From Gammaproteobacteria bacterium (GTDB lineage Bacteria; Pseudomonadota; Gammaproteobacteria; JAJDOJ01), in NCBI GenBank assembly GCA_026984215.1, contig JALSSO010000081.1:16657-80656 (forward strand): a stretch of DNA of 64,000 nt. The letters are read 5' to 3'. Below are positions 9,654 to 18,652 of this stretch, in pieces. Position numbers and translations under genes: made by a program. Positions within the stretch are counted from its first letter, which is position 1; every line of letters starts with the position of its first letter. Under the pieces are notes generated by a model. That model saw only the letters and a program-made list of their open reading frames with translations, was not told the DNA's origin and ran no database searches.

Positions 9654-10289
9654 ATGGCCAAACTCATCGTAGGGAAAAACGGGGACATCCTGAGCGAACA
9701 CGCCATCGGCAAGGAATGCATCACCATCGGGCGCAGGCCCGACAACGACATCGTGCTGGAGCATCCCGCCGTCTCCAGCCACCACGCCCAGGTCATCACC
9801 CTGCTCAACGACTCCTTCGTCGAGGACCTGGAAAGCACCAACGGTACGTTCGTCAATGGCCGGCTCGTGCGCAAACACGCCCTGCGCGATGGTGACACCA
9901 TCACCCTGGGCGAATACTGCATCCTGTATCGCAACGAGCTCGCACCCCGTTCCGGGGAGGAGATGGAACGCACGACGGTGCTCAAGCGCCCTTCCACGCC
10001 GGCAAGGCAGTCCGGCGCATCGCCCGCCACGCTACGCATCCTGAGCGGCGGCAACACGGGACGGGAGGTTCAGCTGACCAAGTCCGTGACCACGCTCGGC
10101 AAGCCCAGTGAGGCGGTGGCCGCCATCAGCCGCAAGACACACGGATACTTCATCATCGGCGTGGAGGGCGCCGGTGATCCCGAGCGGATGTCGGTCAACG
10201 GACGGGTCCTGGGTACGCAGGCCGTCCCCCTCGGTGACAACGACATCATCGAGATCGCAGGCGTGAAAATGCAGTTCAACCTCGGCTGA
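9654..10289 (+). CDS. FHA-domain protein with two FHA-like modules
   Basis: N-terminal FHA (ITIGRRPDNDIVLEHPAVSSHHAQV...STNGTFVNG) and a second C-terminal FHA-like region (ATLRILSGGNTGREVQLT...MSVNGRVLG...IIEIAGVKMQF). Lies immediately downstream of the PP2C gene. Confidence 0.8.
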   Translation: MAKLIVGKNGDILSEHAIGKECITIGRRPDNDIVLEHPAVSSHHAQVITLLNDSFVEDLESTNGTFVNGRLVRKHALRDGDTITLGEYCILYRNELAPRSGEEMERTTVLKRPSTPARQSGASPATLRILSGGNTGREVQLTKSVTTLGKPSEAVAAISRKTHGYFIIGVEGAGDPERMSVNGRVLGTQAVPLGDNDIIEIAGVKMQFNLG

Positions 10290-10303
10290 GGCAGCCGCTC
10301 CGC

Positions 10304-11347
10304 TCACAACCCGGCCACCAGTTCCCGCAGCCGGGCGGCGCCGGGGCGCTCCACCGCGCCCCGTTCCGTCACCAGCACGTCCACCAACTCCGCGGGCGTC
10401 ACGTCGAACACTGGATTCCGCGCGCCGGCGCCTTCGGCGGCCACCGGCCGCCCAGCGCAGCGCAGCACCTCCTCGGCCGGCCGCTCCTCCACGGGGATGT
10501 CCGCCCCGCGCGGGGTGGCCAGATCCACGGTGCTGGTAGGCGCCACCACCATGAAACGGACCCCGTGGTGGCGGGCCAGCACCGCGAGCCCATAGGTGCC
10601 GATCTTGTTGGCGACGTCACCGTTGGCCGCGATCCGGTCGGCACCGACGACCACCCATTGCACGACGCCCCGGTGCAGGAGGCTGGCCGCCGCGCCCTCG
10701 CAGATCAGCTCCACGGGGATGCCCTCGGCCACCAGCTCCCAGGCCGTCAGACGCGCGCCCTGCAACCAGGGGCGCGTCTCGCCGGCGAATACGGCCCCGA
10801 CGCGGCCCTGGGCCCAGCCGCTACGGATCACCCCGAGGGCCGTCCCGTAGCCGCCGGTGGCCAGCGCCCCCGTATTGCAATGGGTGAGCACGCCGCCTCC
10901 GTCCAGGTAGGCGGCGCCCAGATCCCCCATGCGGTGATTGGCCTCCACGTCCTCCCGGTGGATCCGACCGGCCTCCGCGAGCAGGGCCTCGCGCGGGTCG
11001 CCCCAGATCTCCTCCAGCACGCGGCGCATCCGGCGCACCGCCCAGGCGAGATTGACCGCCGTGGGCCGCGCCGCCTCCAGGCGTTCCAGCTCTCGGTCCA
11101 CACGCCCCCGCCACGCGCTGCCCGGGGCGTAATGGCGGATCACGGAAAGGGCCACCCCATAGGCCGCCGCGATGCCGATGGCCGGCGCACCGCGGACCAC
11201 CATGTCACCGATGGCGGTGGCCACCGCGTCACAGGATGTGCAGCGGATCCATTGCTCGGTCCGGGGCAGCAGGCGTTGGTCCAACAACTCCAGCGCTCCA
11301 CCGCTCCAGCGCAGCGCTCGAATGGTGTCGTGTGGGCGTGTGTCCAT
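10304..11347 (-). CDS. mtnA: S-methyl-5-thioribose-1-phosphate isomerase (methionine salvage)
   Basis: ORF 10304..11416(-). The internal start [28 protein letters not shown] is the typical MtnA N-terminus; eIF-2B-like fold motifs are present. ATG at 11347. Confidence 0.85.
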   Translation of the reverse strand: MDTRPHDTIRALRWSGGALELLDQRLLPRTEQWIRCTSCDAVATAIGDMVVRGAPAIGIAAAYGVALSVIRHYAPGSAWRGRVDRELERLEAARPTAVNLAWAVRRMRRVLEEIWGDPREALLAEAGRIHREDVEANHRMGDLGAAYLDGGGVLTHCNTGALATGGYGTALGVIRSGWAQGRVGAVFAGETRPWLQGARLTAWELVAEGIPVELICEGAAASLLHRGVVQWVVVGADRIAANGDVANKIGTYGLAVLARHHGVRFMVVAPTSTVDLATPRGADIPVEERPAEEVLRCAGRPVAAEGAGARNPVFDVTPAELVDVLVTERGAVERPGAARLRELVAGL

Positions 11348-11445
11348 GGTCCCTTCCCGCCGTCGTCGCACTGCAGGTCCTTCTAGCACAATCCCCTGGG
11401 AGGCGCAGTTCGGCACACACGCCCGAGCGGGTACACTTGCCTCTC

Positions 11446-12771
11446 ATGGAGCCGTGCGACCTCGTCATCGAGCCCCGCTGGATCGTGCCGGTGGAACCAG
11501 TCGGCCAAGTCCTGGAAGGACATGCGCTGGCCCTGCGGGGCACGCGCATCCAGGCCATCGCACCCGTTGCCACGCTCAGGGCGCGGTTCCCCCGCGCGGC
11601 GCGCCTGCGCCTGGATCACCATGCCCTGCTGCCGGGGCTGGTCGACGCCCACACGCACTTGGCCATGGACCTGCTGCGCGGCTACGCCGACGACCTCCCC
11701 TTGGCCGCCTGGCTCTCCGAACGCATCTGGCCGGCGGAATCGCGCTGGGTGAACGAGGACTTCGTCTACGACGGCACGCGCCTGGCCCTGGCCGAGTGCA
11801 TCCGGGGCGGTGTCACTTGTTTCAACGACATGTATTTCTTCCCCGAGATCACGGGACGCGCCGCCCGTGAGGCGGGGCTGCGCGGGCGGGTGGGCCTCAT
11901 CGTCCTGGACTTCCCCACGGTGTACGCCAACGACGCCGCCGAATACCTGGACAAGGCGGTGGCGGTGCACGACACGTTTCGCGACGATCCCCTGCTCGGC
12001 ACGGCGTTCGCGCCGCACGCGCCCTATACGGTCTCCGACGAACCCCTCCGGCGCCTGGCCACCTGGCAGGCCGAACTGGACATTCCGATCCACATGCATG
12101 TCAACGAGACCGAGCAAGAGGTGCGCGAACACATCGCCAGGCACGGCGAGCGTCCGCTGCAGCGTCTCGATCGGCTGGGGTTGCTGGGGCCCCACTTCCA
12201 GGCCGTGCACATGGTGGTGGCCGCGCCCGAGGACCGCGCCCTCTTGGCCGAGCGGGCGGCACACGCCATCCATTGCCCCGAATCGAACCTGAAACTGGCC
12301 TCCGGAATATCGCCGGTGAGCGCGCTGCTGGAAGCCGGCGTGAACTTGGCCCTGGGCACCGACGGGGCGGCCAGCAACAACGACCTCGATCTGTTCGGCG
12401 AGATGCGTACCGCCGCCCTGCTGGCGAAGGGGATCACGGGTGACGCCACCGCCCTGCCCGCGGCCCGGATTCTGGAGGCGGCCACCCTGGGTGGCGCCCG
12501 GGCCCTGGGCCTGGAGGCGGAGATCGGCTCCCTGGCGCCGGGCAAGGCGGCCGACCTGATCGCCGTGGATCTGGACGCCGCCGAGACCCTACCCTGTTAC
12601 GATGTGGTCGGTCAGCTCGTCTATGCCGCGGGCCGCCATCAGGTCACCGACGTGTGGGTGGCCGGACGGCGGCTGCTCGAAGACCGCCGCACGACCACCC
12701 TCGACCTGCCGGAGATCCTGGCGCGCGCGCGGGACTGGCAAGACCGCATCGCAGAGGAACGCAGCCCATGA
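11446..12771 (+). CDS. mtaD: 5-methylthioadenosine/S-adenosylhomocysteine deaminase (amidohydrolase, TRZ/ATZ family)
   Basis: Start MEPCDLVIEPRWIVPV at 11446. Metal-binding HTHLAMDLLRG...HMHVNET...GTDGAASNN motifs. Divergent from mtnA. Confidence 0.8.
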   Translation: MEPCDLVIEPRWIVPVEPVGQVLEGHALALRGTRIQAIAPVATLRARFPRAARLRLDHHALLPGLVDAHTHLAMDLLRGYADDLPLAAWLSERIWPAESRWVNEDFVYDGTRLALAECIRGGVTCFNDMYFFPEITGRAAREAGLRGRVGLIVLDFPTVYANDAAEYLDKAVAVHDTFRDDPLLGTAFAPHAPYTVSDEPLRRLATWQAELDIPIHMHVNETEQEVREHIARHGERPLQRLDRLGLLGPHFQAVHMVVAAPEDRALLAERAAHAIHCPESNLKLASGISPVSALLEAGVNLALGTDGAASNNDLDLFGEMRTAALLAKGITGDATALPAARILEAATLGGARALGLEAEIGSLAPGKAADLIAVDLDAAETLPCYDVVGQLVYAAGRHQVTDVWVAGRRLLEDRRTTTLDLPEILARARDWQDRIAEERSP

Positions 12772-13514
12772 ACGAGACACCATCACGACCGCAGGCCGAC
12801 GCAGCGCCCCCACACGTCAACGTCGACCCCGCCGAGATCCGCAAGTTCGAGGAGATCGCCCACCGCTGGTGGGACCCGGAAAGCGAGTTCCGCCCGCTGC
12901 ACGAGATCAACCCCCTGCGTGTGGAATGGATCGACCGCCACGCGCAACTGGCGGACAAGACCGTCTGCGACGTGGGCTGCGGCGGCGGCATCCTGGCCGA
13001 GGCCATGGCCGCACGCGGCGCCGAGGTCACGGGCATCGACCTGGGTGAGACGCCCATCACCGTGGCCCGGCTGCACCTGCTCGAGTCCGGACTGAACGTG
13101 GAATACCTGCAGACCTCGCCCGAGCACCTCGCCGAGGAGCGCCCCGGAGCCTACGACGTGGTCACTTGCATGGAGATGCTCGAACACGTCCCGGATCCCG
13201 CCTCCGTGGTCCAGGCCTGCAGCCGGCTCGCGCGACCCGGCGGCTGGGTGTTCTTCTCCACCATCAACCGCAACCCCAAGTCCTTCCTGTTCGCCATCGT
13301 GGGGGCCGAGTACGTGCTGCGCCTGCTCCCCCGGGGCACCCACGAGTACGCCCGCTTCATCCGCCCGGCGGAACTGGAGACCTGGGCGCGGAGCGCGGGC
13401 CTGGTGCCCAAGGATATGACCGGACTCACCTATAACCCGCTCACCCGCCGCTACCGCCTGGAAGACGACGTGAGCGTCAACTACATGATGGCCTTGCGGC
13501 GCGAACACGCATGA
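12768..13514 (+). CDS. ubiG: Bifunctional 3-demethylubiquinol 3-O-methyltransferase / 2-polyprenyl-6-hydroxyphenol methylase
   Basis: Internal start MNETPS...FEEIAHRWWDPESEFRPLHEINPLRVEWI...VCDVGCGGGILAE are UbiG signatures. The ATG at 12768 overlaps the mtaD stop (ATGA). Confidence 0.85.
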   Translation: MNETPSRPQADAAPPHVNVDPAEIRKFEEIAHRWWDPESEFRPLHEINPLRVEWIDRHAQLADKTVCDVGCGGGILAEAMAARGAEVTGIDLGETPITVARLHLLESGLNVEYLQTSPEHLAEERPGAYDVVTCMEMLEHVPDPASVVQACSRLARPGGWVFFSTINRNPKSFLFAIVGAEYVLRLLPRGTHEYARFIRPAELETWARSAGLVPKDMTGLTYNPLTRRYRLEDDVSVNYMMALRREHA

Positions 13515-14200
13515 CCGGGGCCGTGTTCTTCGACCTGGACGGGACCCTGGCCGACACGGCCCCGGACCTGGCCCGGGCACTGAACCGGGTGCTCGCCGAG
13601 GAGGGCCGTCCCGCCCTGCCCTACCCACGGATCCGAGCCGAGGTCTCGCGGGGCGGCACGGCGCTGATCCGGCTCGCCTTCGGCGGGACCCCGGAAGACC
13701 CGGACTTTCAGCGCCGCCGGCGCCGGTTCCTGGATCTCTACGCCGAGGGGCTGTGCGTGGAGACTCGCCTGTTTCCCGGCATCGAGACGCTGCTCGGCCG
13801 ATTGGAGGCCGCGGGCTTGCGCTGGGGCATCGTCACCAACAAACCCGCCTGGCTCACCGATCCCCTGGTGCGGCGGCTCGGCCTGGCTGGACGGGCCGCG
13901 GCGGTGGTCAGCGGCGACACCACCGATGAGCGCAAGCCCCACCCGCAACCGCTGCTCCATGCCGCGCGGGTGGCCGGCGCGGACCCAGAGGCCAGCCTTT
14001 ACGTGGGCGACGACCCACGCGACGTCCAAGCCGGCCGCGCCGCGGGCATGCGCACGCTGGGCGCCCTGTACGGCTATGTCCATCCCGACGAGGACCCGGC
14101 GCGCTGGGGCGCCGACGGACTGGTGCACGCACCTGCGGAGATTCTGAAATGGGTGCTTCGCGACGGTGTGCAGGCCGGGGGCCGCAAGGCGTTCGGCTGA
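13511..14200 (+). CDS. gph: HAD-family phosphoglycolate phosphatase
   Basis: VFFDLDGTLADTAPDL...GIVTNKP...YVGDDPRDVQAGRAAGM are HAD motifs I-III. Follows ubiG as in many gammaproteobacteria. Confidence 0.8.
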   Translation: MTGAVFFDLDGTLADTAPDLARALNRVLAEEGRPALPYPRIRAEVSRGGTALIRLAFGGTPEDPDFQRRRRRFLDLYAEGLCVETRLFPGIETLLGRLEAAGLRWGIVTNKPAWLTDPLVRRLGLAGRAAAVVSGDTTDERKPHPQPLLHAARVAGADPEASLYVGDDPRDVQAGRAAGMRTLGALYGYVHPDEDPARWGADGLVHAPAEILKWVLRDGVQAGGRKAFG

Positions 14201-14212
14201 GGGGCTCCCTAT

Positions 14213-14356
14213 CAGGGTGTTGAAAAACGTCGCGAGAAGCCCGGATGCAAGGCGCGCGCAGCGCAGCGACCGAGACATATCAAGGAGATAGGCGAGGGAG
14301 CGAGCAGCGCGCAACGCCGCAGGCGGGTTTCGCAGCAGTTTTTCAACGGCCTGCTA
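14213..14356 (-). repeat. MITE/REP-like element, copy B, in inverted orientation relative to copy A. Sits 12 bp after the gph stop
   Basis: The reverse complement is 143/144 identical to 6320-6463, with the same terminal inverted repeats. Confidence 0.7.
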
Positions 14357-14520
14357 TACCGTGCGTGCCGGTGTGGCCCCATATCCGGCGTCGCCGGCCG
14401 GTGCGCGGTGGTCCGTCCCGAACGCGCTTTCCGGACGAGCCCGCTCCCTCGTCGTGCCCGCGAACGCGAGCGTCCGGTAGGGTACCTCCGGGGTGAGAGA
14501 TGGGGCCCAACGCCGCCGGC

Positions 14521-16626
14521 TCACCGTGTCTGCCCCCCCACAGGCAGCGAAGAGCCAACTCCCCACGCCGCCAGACGTGCCTCGTCCGCCGACCAGATCT
14601 CCTGATGCAGCCGCTGCACACTCTCGGGATCGCGCAACAGGCGCATGCGTTCCGCGACCGAAAGGCATCCGGGCCCCCCGGCCAACACCCGCGCGCGCAG
14701 CTCGGCCAGCGCGGCACGCGTCGCCTCGGGCCGCCTCGTATGGGGTCGCAGCAAGGACAGGTGCAGCGCGTTGAGCGCGGGATCCGCGAGCGCCTGCGCG
14801 AAACCAGGCGCTGCCCCGCGGCGCATGCCGGCGGCGGGGGAAGCGGCCTCCTGCAACCGGCGCAAAACCGGATCCGGTGCGGTCTCGGCCGGGATCAGGA
14901 ACAGCCCCAGCCGCCGGGCGGCGGCGCCTGGACCGATGCGACTGCTCACGACCGATACGGGGACGGCGAGAATCAGCGCCACGACGATGGGTGCGATCCA
15001 GGGTAGAAACGCGGGATCGATGGAATAGACGGCCGCAGACCAAGCCAGGGCGAGCAACGATCCAGGACCATGGTGCCACAAGGCCTCGCGCCAGCCCGTT
15101 CCGGCCTCGGCGCGCCGCTGGGTGCCCCAGCCGGCCTCGCGCCCCACCAGGGTGAGGATCACATAGCGCGCATGAAACAACATTCGTACGGGCGCCAGCA
15201 AGGCGGAGAACAGGGCCTCTAGCAGCACGCTGAGAGACGCCCGCGACCAGCCCCCGTAGTCCGCCACCGCCCCACCCCTGGCGAGACTCAGCAACCCGAG
15301 CAGCTTCGGTCCGAAGAGCACCACTGCGGTGGTGCCGACCAGCCCCAGGGCCCACTCGGGTTTCCAAGACTCCGGCCAGTTGGGAAACAGCACGAAGTGA
15401 TCCGGGAAATACTGCGGGTCCGCGGTGCCGTGCTGCACGGCCGCCAACACCGTGCCCAGCACGAGCAACACGAGCCACAGCAGGGAAGACCCATAGGCCA
15501 TGATCCCGTAAAGGAACATGACCCGGTGGGTGAGCTTGAGACCGCCCTCAGAGAGCAAACGCAGATGCTGGAGGTTGCCCTGGGACCAGCGCCGGTCCCG
15601 TTTGAGTTCGTCGAGCAGTGTCGGCGGCGGCTCCTCGTAGCTGCCGGGAAGGTCGTGCGCCAGCCACACCTCCCAACCGGCGCGGCGCATGTATGCGGCT
15701 TCCACGAAGTCGTGACTCAGGATCTCGCCCCCCATCGCCGTGCGCCCGGGCAGCCGTCCCAGGGCGCAGTGGCGCATGAACGGAGCGAGGCGGATGATGG
15801 CGTTGTGTCCCCAGTAGTAGCCATCGCCCATCTGCCAATAGCTCAATCCGGCGGCGAACAGGTTGCCATAGACGTGATTGGCGAACTGCTGGATCCGGGC
15901 ATAGAGCGACTTCCGGTTCACGATCCGGGGTGCCGTCTGCAGGATGCCGATCTGACGGCGCTGCTCCATGATGCGCACCATCGCCACCAGCGTCTCCCCG
16001 GCCATCACGCTGTCGGCGTCCAGGACTACCATGTACCGGAAACCAGCCCCCCAGCGACGGCAGAAGTCCGCGATGTTGCCCGTCTTGCGTTTGATGCGTG
16101 TGCGTCGGATGCGGTAATGGATACGCTCGAAGTCGTCCTCGTCCCGGCACCAGTCGGCCCAAGCCTTTTCCTCGGCGATCCAGGTGTCGGGATCGGACGA
16201 ATCGCTCAGCACGAAGAACTCGAACGCACCGAGCTGACCGGTCTCCCGCAACGAACGGTAGGTCGCGCGCAGCCCAGCGAACACGCGCGCCACGTCCTCG
16301 TTACAGATGGGCATCACGATCGCGGTGCGCGGCAAGGGGGCGGTGTCCCGCCGGAGCGTATCCAGCACGCCGCAGACCGAGTACCGCCGCGAGGGCATCC
16401 ACCCGACCACGAAACCCGCCACCGCCGTCCAGAAGCCCAGGGAGATCCAGAAGAACAGGACCGCGAACAGCCCGACCAGCGCGAATTCCACCGGCCCGGC
16501 CCCGTGTTGTGGAAGCAGCTCGACGAAATATCGCGTGGCGATCCCGCTCTGGGTCATCGCCAGACCGAAGAGCATGAACCGGCGCCGATACGCGGTCCAC
16601 GGCCAATGCTGCAACGGGTCGGCCAT
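14521..16626 (-). CDS. opgH: Glucans biosynthesis glucosyltransferase H (osmoregulated periplasmic glucan synthase)
   Basis: 701 aa, multi-pass membrane GT2. IVMPICNED...VVLDADSVM...QGNLQHLRL are MdoH/OpgH signatures. Confidence 0.9.
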   Translation of the reverse strand: MADPLQHWPWTAYRRRFMLFGLAMTQSGIATRYFVELLPQHGAGPVEFALVGLFAVLFFWISLGFWTAVAGFVVGWMPSRRYSVCGVLDTLRRDTAPLPRTAIVMPICNEDVARVFAGLRATYRSLRETGQLGAFEFFVLSDSSDPDTWIAEEKAWADWCRDEDDFERIHYRIRRTRIKRKTGNIADFCRRWGAGFRYMVVLDADSVMAGETLVAMVRIMEQRRQIGILQTAPRIVNRKSLYARIQQFANHVYGNLFAAGLSYWQMGDGYYWGHNAIIRLAPFMRHCALGRLPGRTAMGGEILSHDFVEAAYMRRAGWEVWLAHDLPGSYEEPPPTLLDELKRDRRWSQGNLQHLRLLSEGGLKLTHRVMFLYGIMAYGSSLLWLVLLVLGTVLAAVQHGTADPQYFPDHFVLFPNWPESWKPEWALGLVGTTAVVLFGPKLLGLLSLARGGAVADYGGWSRASLSVLLEALFSALLAPVRMLFHARYVILTLVGREAGWGTQRRAEAGTGWREALWHHGPGSLLALAWSAAVYSIDPAFLPWIAPIVVALILAVPVSVVSSRIGPGAAARRLGLFLIPAETAPDPVLRRLQEAASPAAGMRRGAAPGFAQALADPALNALHLSLLRPHTRRPEATRAALAELRARVLAGGPGCLSVAERMRLLRDPESVQRLHQEIWSADEARLAAWGVGSSLPVGGQTR

Positions 16627-16641
16627 GAGTGGGGCCCGGCC

Positions 16642-17034
16642 TCAACCCTCCCGGCTGCGCACCACGCGCAGCGCCCGCAGCAGGCGTGACGGGGCGCGGG
16701 ACCCCTGCCGGCGCGGGGCCATGCTCACGCGCAGCACGAGCGGGTGGGCACTGACGCGCAGCGCATCCGGCTCACGCCCGAGGTGGAGGCGCGTCCAGAG
16801 ACTTGCATGTCCGCTGCCGGGGGTAGCCCCGTTCTCGTCGGCCAGCACCTCGTGCAACGCCTCGATCAGGGCTGGAACGGTCACTGGACCCTGGACACGC
16901 GCACGCGCCCTCTGGATGAGCCGCGAACGCGCCGCCGCGCGGATGCCGAGCGCCGCCAGATACGTGTCGGCCCGCACGAAGGCTGCCTCCGGGCATCTCT
17001 CGCGGGAAGGTCGCTGAACCCGACTCGCTTTCAT
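16642..17034 (-). CDS. Hypothetical 130-aa protein translationally coupled (ATGA) to the opgG stop, lying in the 400-bp opgG-opgH spacer
   Basis: The ATG at 17034 overlaps the opgG TGA. GC3-rich codon usage over the central part (LIEALHEVLADENGA...). No recognisable domain; could be a GC-rich artefact. Confidence 0.3.
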   Translation of the reverse strand: MKASRVQRPSRERCPEAAFVRADTYLAALGIRAAARSRLIQRARARVQGPVTVPALIEALHEVLADENGATPGSGHASLWTRLHLGREPDALRVSAHPLVLRVSMAPRRQGSRAPSRLLRALRVVRSREG

Positions 17035-18545
17035 TCTTTCCCGGCCTCCAGGTAATAAGACCAGGTCTCGGAAACCGCCTCGTCGTCGTGCCGCAGATAG
17101 GCGCGCAGTTCGACGGGCCCCCGCTCCCGCGGGCGGATCGTGAACGAGACCCTCCACCCTCCAGCCACGTCGTTGCGCGTGGCGGCGACATCCAGGACTT
17201 GGGCATTGGCGCTGCTCGAAACGACGGGGACGGGACGCGCCTCCGCGCCCAGTGCGTCCAGCGCCGGACCCTGGAAGTCCAGCACGAAATGGGTGGCGCC
17301 CTTCGGCAGCCCTTCGCCCACCCAGGTGTGCACCACGCGCGCATTGGCATCGGGGCTGACGGGACCCCCGTGCCACTCGATCCGATACGCATAATCCAGG
17401 CTCTCACCGGGCTTCACCGGCTTGCCCGTGGTCCAATACAGGACGACGTTGTCGTTGTATTCGTTGCGGGTCGGTATTTCCACGAGCTTCAGGTGCCCCT
17501 GCCCCCACGGCCCTTCCGGAATGACCCATGCCGAAGGCCGGAGTTCCATACGGGTCTCCAGATCCTGGTAACTCCCGAAGTCTCGATCGCGCTGCAACAG
17601 CCCGAATCCCCGTGGATCCGTGGTATCGAACAGGGCCACGCGCAGCCGCTTCCCGTTGACCAGCGGCCGCCAGAGCCGCTCACCGGCCCCGTCGACGAAC
17701 AGGAAACCGTCGGAGTCGTGCACTTCGGGCCGCCACTGGCCCGGCGGGCGGGCCGTGTTTTCGCCGTAGAAAAACATGCTGGTCAAGGGCGCGATGCCGA
17801 GCTCGCGAATCTCCTTGCGCGGGCACAGACGGAGTTTCACGTCCACCCGTGTCGGATCCCCGGGCACCACCGTGAACCGATAGGCCCCGGTCACGCTGGG
17901 GCTGTCCAGCAGCGCGAATATGCGGATGTGCCGGGCGTCCTGCGGTGGGCGCTCGATCCAGAACTCACGGAAAAACGGGAATTCCTCGCCGCTGTCCAGC
18001 GCCGTATCGATGGCCAGACCCCGGGCCGAGAGCCCGTAGCGTCCCCCTTTGGGCACGGCGCGGAAGTAACTGGCCCCCAGGAAGGAGATCACCTCGTCCT
18101 GGACCTGAGACCCGTTCAATGGGTAGTAGACGCGGAATCCGGCGTAGCCGAGGTCCGGGGGAATGCGGCTGCGCAGATGGCCCGCCCGTGGACCGTAATC
18201 GAAGCAGTCGGCGGAGAACGGAACGTCACGTACCTTCCCGCCGTCCAGGGCATGTATCCGCACCGTGGTCTCGTACATCATGCCCGGATGGAAGAATTGC
18301 ACGCCGAACCGGAAACCGGGGGCCCGCCACAGCGTGCATTCGGGACGGTAGCGGATGTCCCGTAACGTGTCGTAGTCGATCTCGCGCAGGAATTTCGGTA
18401 CCTTCGGCGGCGGCCGATACGGTTCCGCAGCGAGCACCGCGGCCTGGGTGGCCAGTTCCTCGAATCCGAAGGCCCATACGGGGCCGCCCCCGGCCGCCAG
18501 GCAGAAAATGCCCAGCGCAATGCCGGCAGAAAACTGAACGCGCAT
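17031..18545 (-). CDS. opgG: Glucans biosynthesis protein G (periplasmic)
   Basis: 504 aa with an N-terminal signal peptide. MdoG/OpgG family similarity throughout (FFHPGMMYETTV...YWTTGKPV...). Confidence 0.9.
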   Translation of the reverse strand: MRVQFSAGIALGIFCLAAGGGPVWAFGFEELATQAAVLAAEPYRPPPKVPKFLREIDYDTLRDIRYRPECTLWRAPGFRFGVQFFHPGMMYETTVRIHALDGGKVRDVPFSADCFDYGPRAGHLRSRIPPDLGYAGFRVYYPLNGSQVQDEVISFLGASYFRAVPKGGRYGLSARGLAIDTALDSGEEFPFFREFWIERPPQDARHIRIFALLDSPSVTGAYRFTVVPGDPTRVDVKLRLCPRKEIRELGIAPLTSMFFYGENTARPPGQWRPEVHDSDGFLFVDGAGERLWRPLVNGKRLRVALFDTTDPRGFGLLQRDRDFGSYQDLETRMELRPSAWVIPEGPWGQGHLKLVEIPTRNEYNDNVVLYWTTGKPVKPGESLDYAYRIEWHGGPVSPDANARVVHTWVGEGLPKGATHFVLDFQGPALDALGAEARPVPVVSSSANAQVLDVAATRNDVAGGWRVSFTIRPRERGPVELRAYLRHDDEAVSETWSYYLEAGKE

Positions 18546-18600
18546 GCAAGACCCGCTTTCCGAACGAAGCAGCAGATGGTTTTTTAGTATCTCAAAATAC

Positions 18601-18621
18601 GCTGATCAATGGAAAACCGAC
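18601..18621 (-). terminator. Putative intrinsic terminator downstream of merA (short stem CCGAC/GTCGG followed by a TTTTCC tract on the minus strand)
   Basis: Hairpin plus U-tract 30 bp after the merA stop. It lies inside an unusually AT-rich patch (18560-18605). Confidence 0.4.
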
Positions 18622-18652
18622 CGTTCGTCGGAACACGCGCCGCCTGTCCGGG

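Noticed and set aside
6320-14356. A composite transposon delimited by the two inverted identical 144-bp elements.
   Set aside because: No transposase or integrase lies inside. The contents are core housekeeping genes (dnaQ, rnhA, mtnA, ubiG, gph) in conserved synteny. The elements are too short to be IS elements and look like a REP/MITE family.
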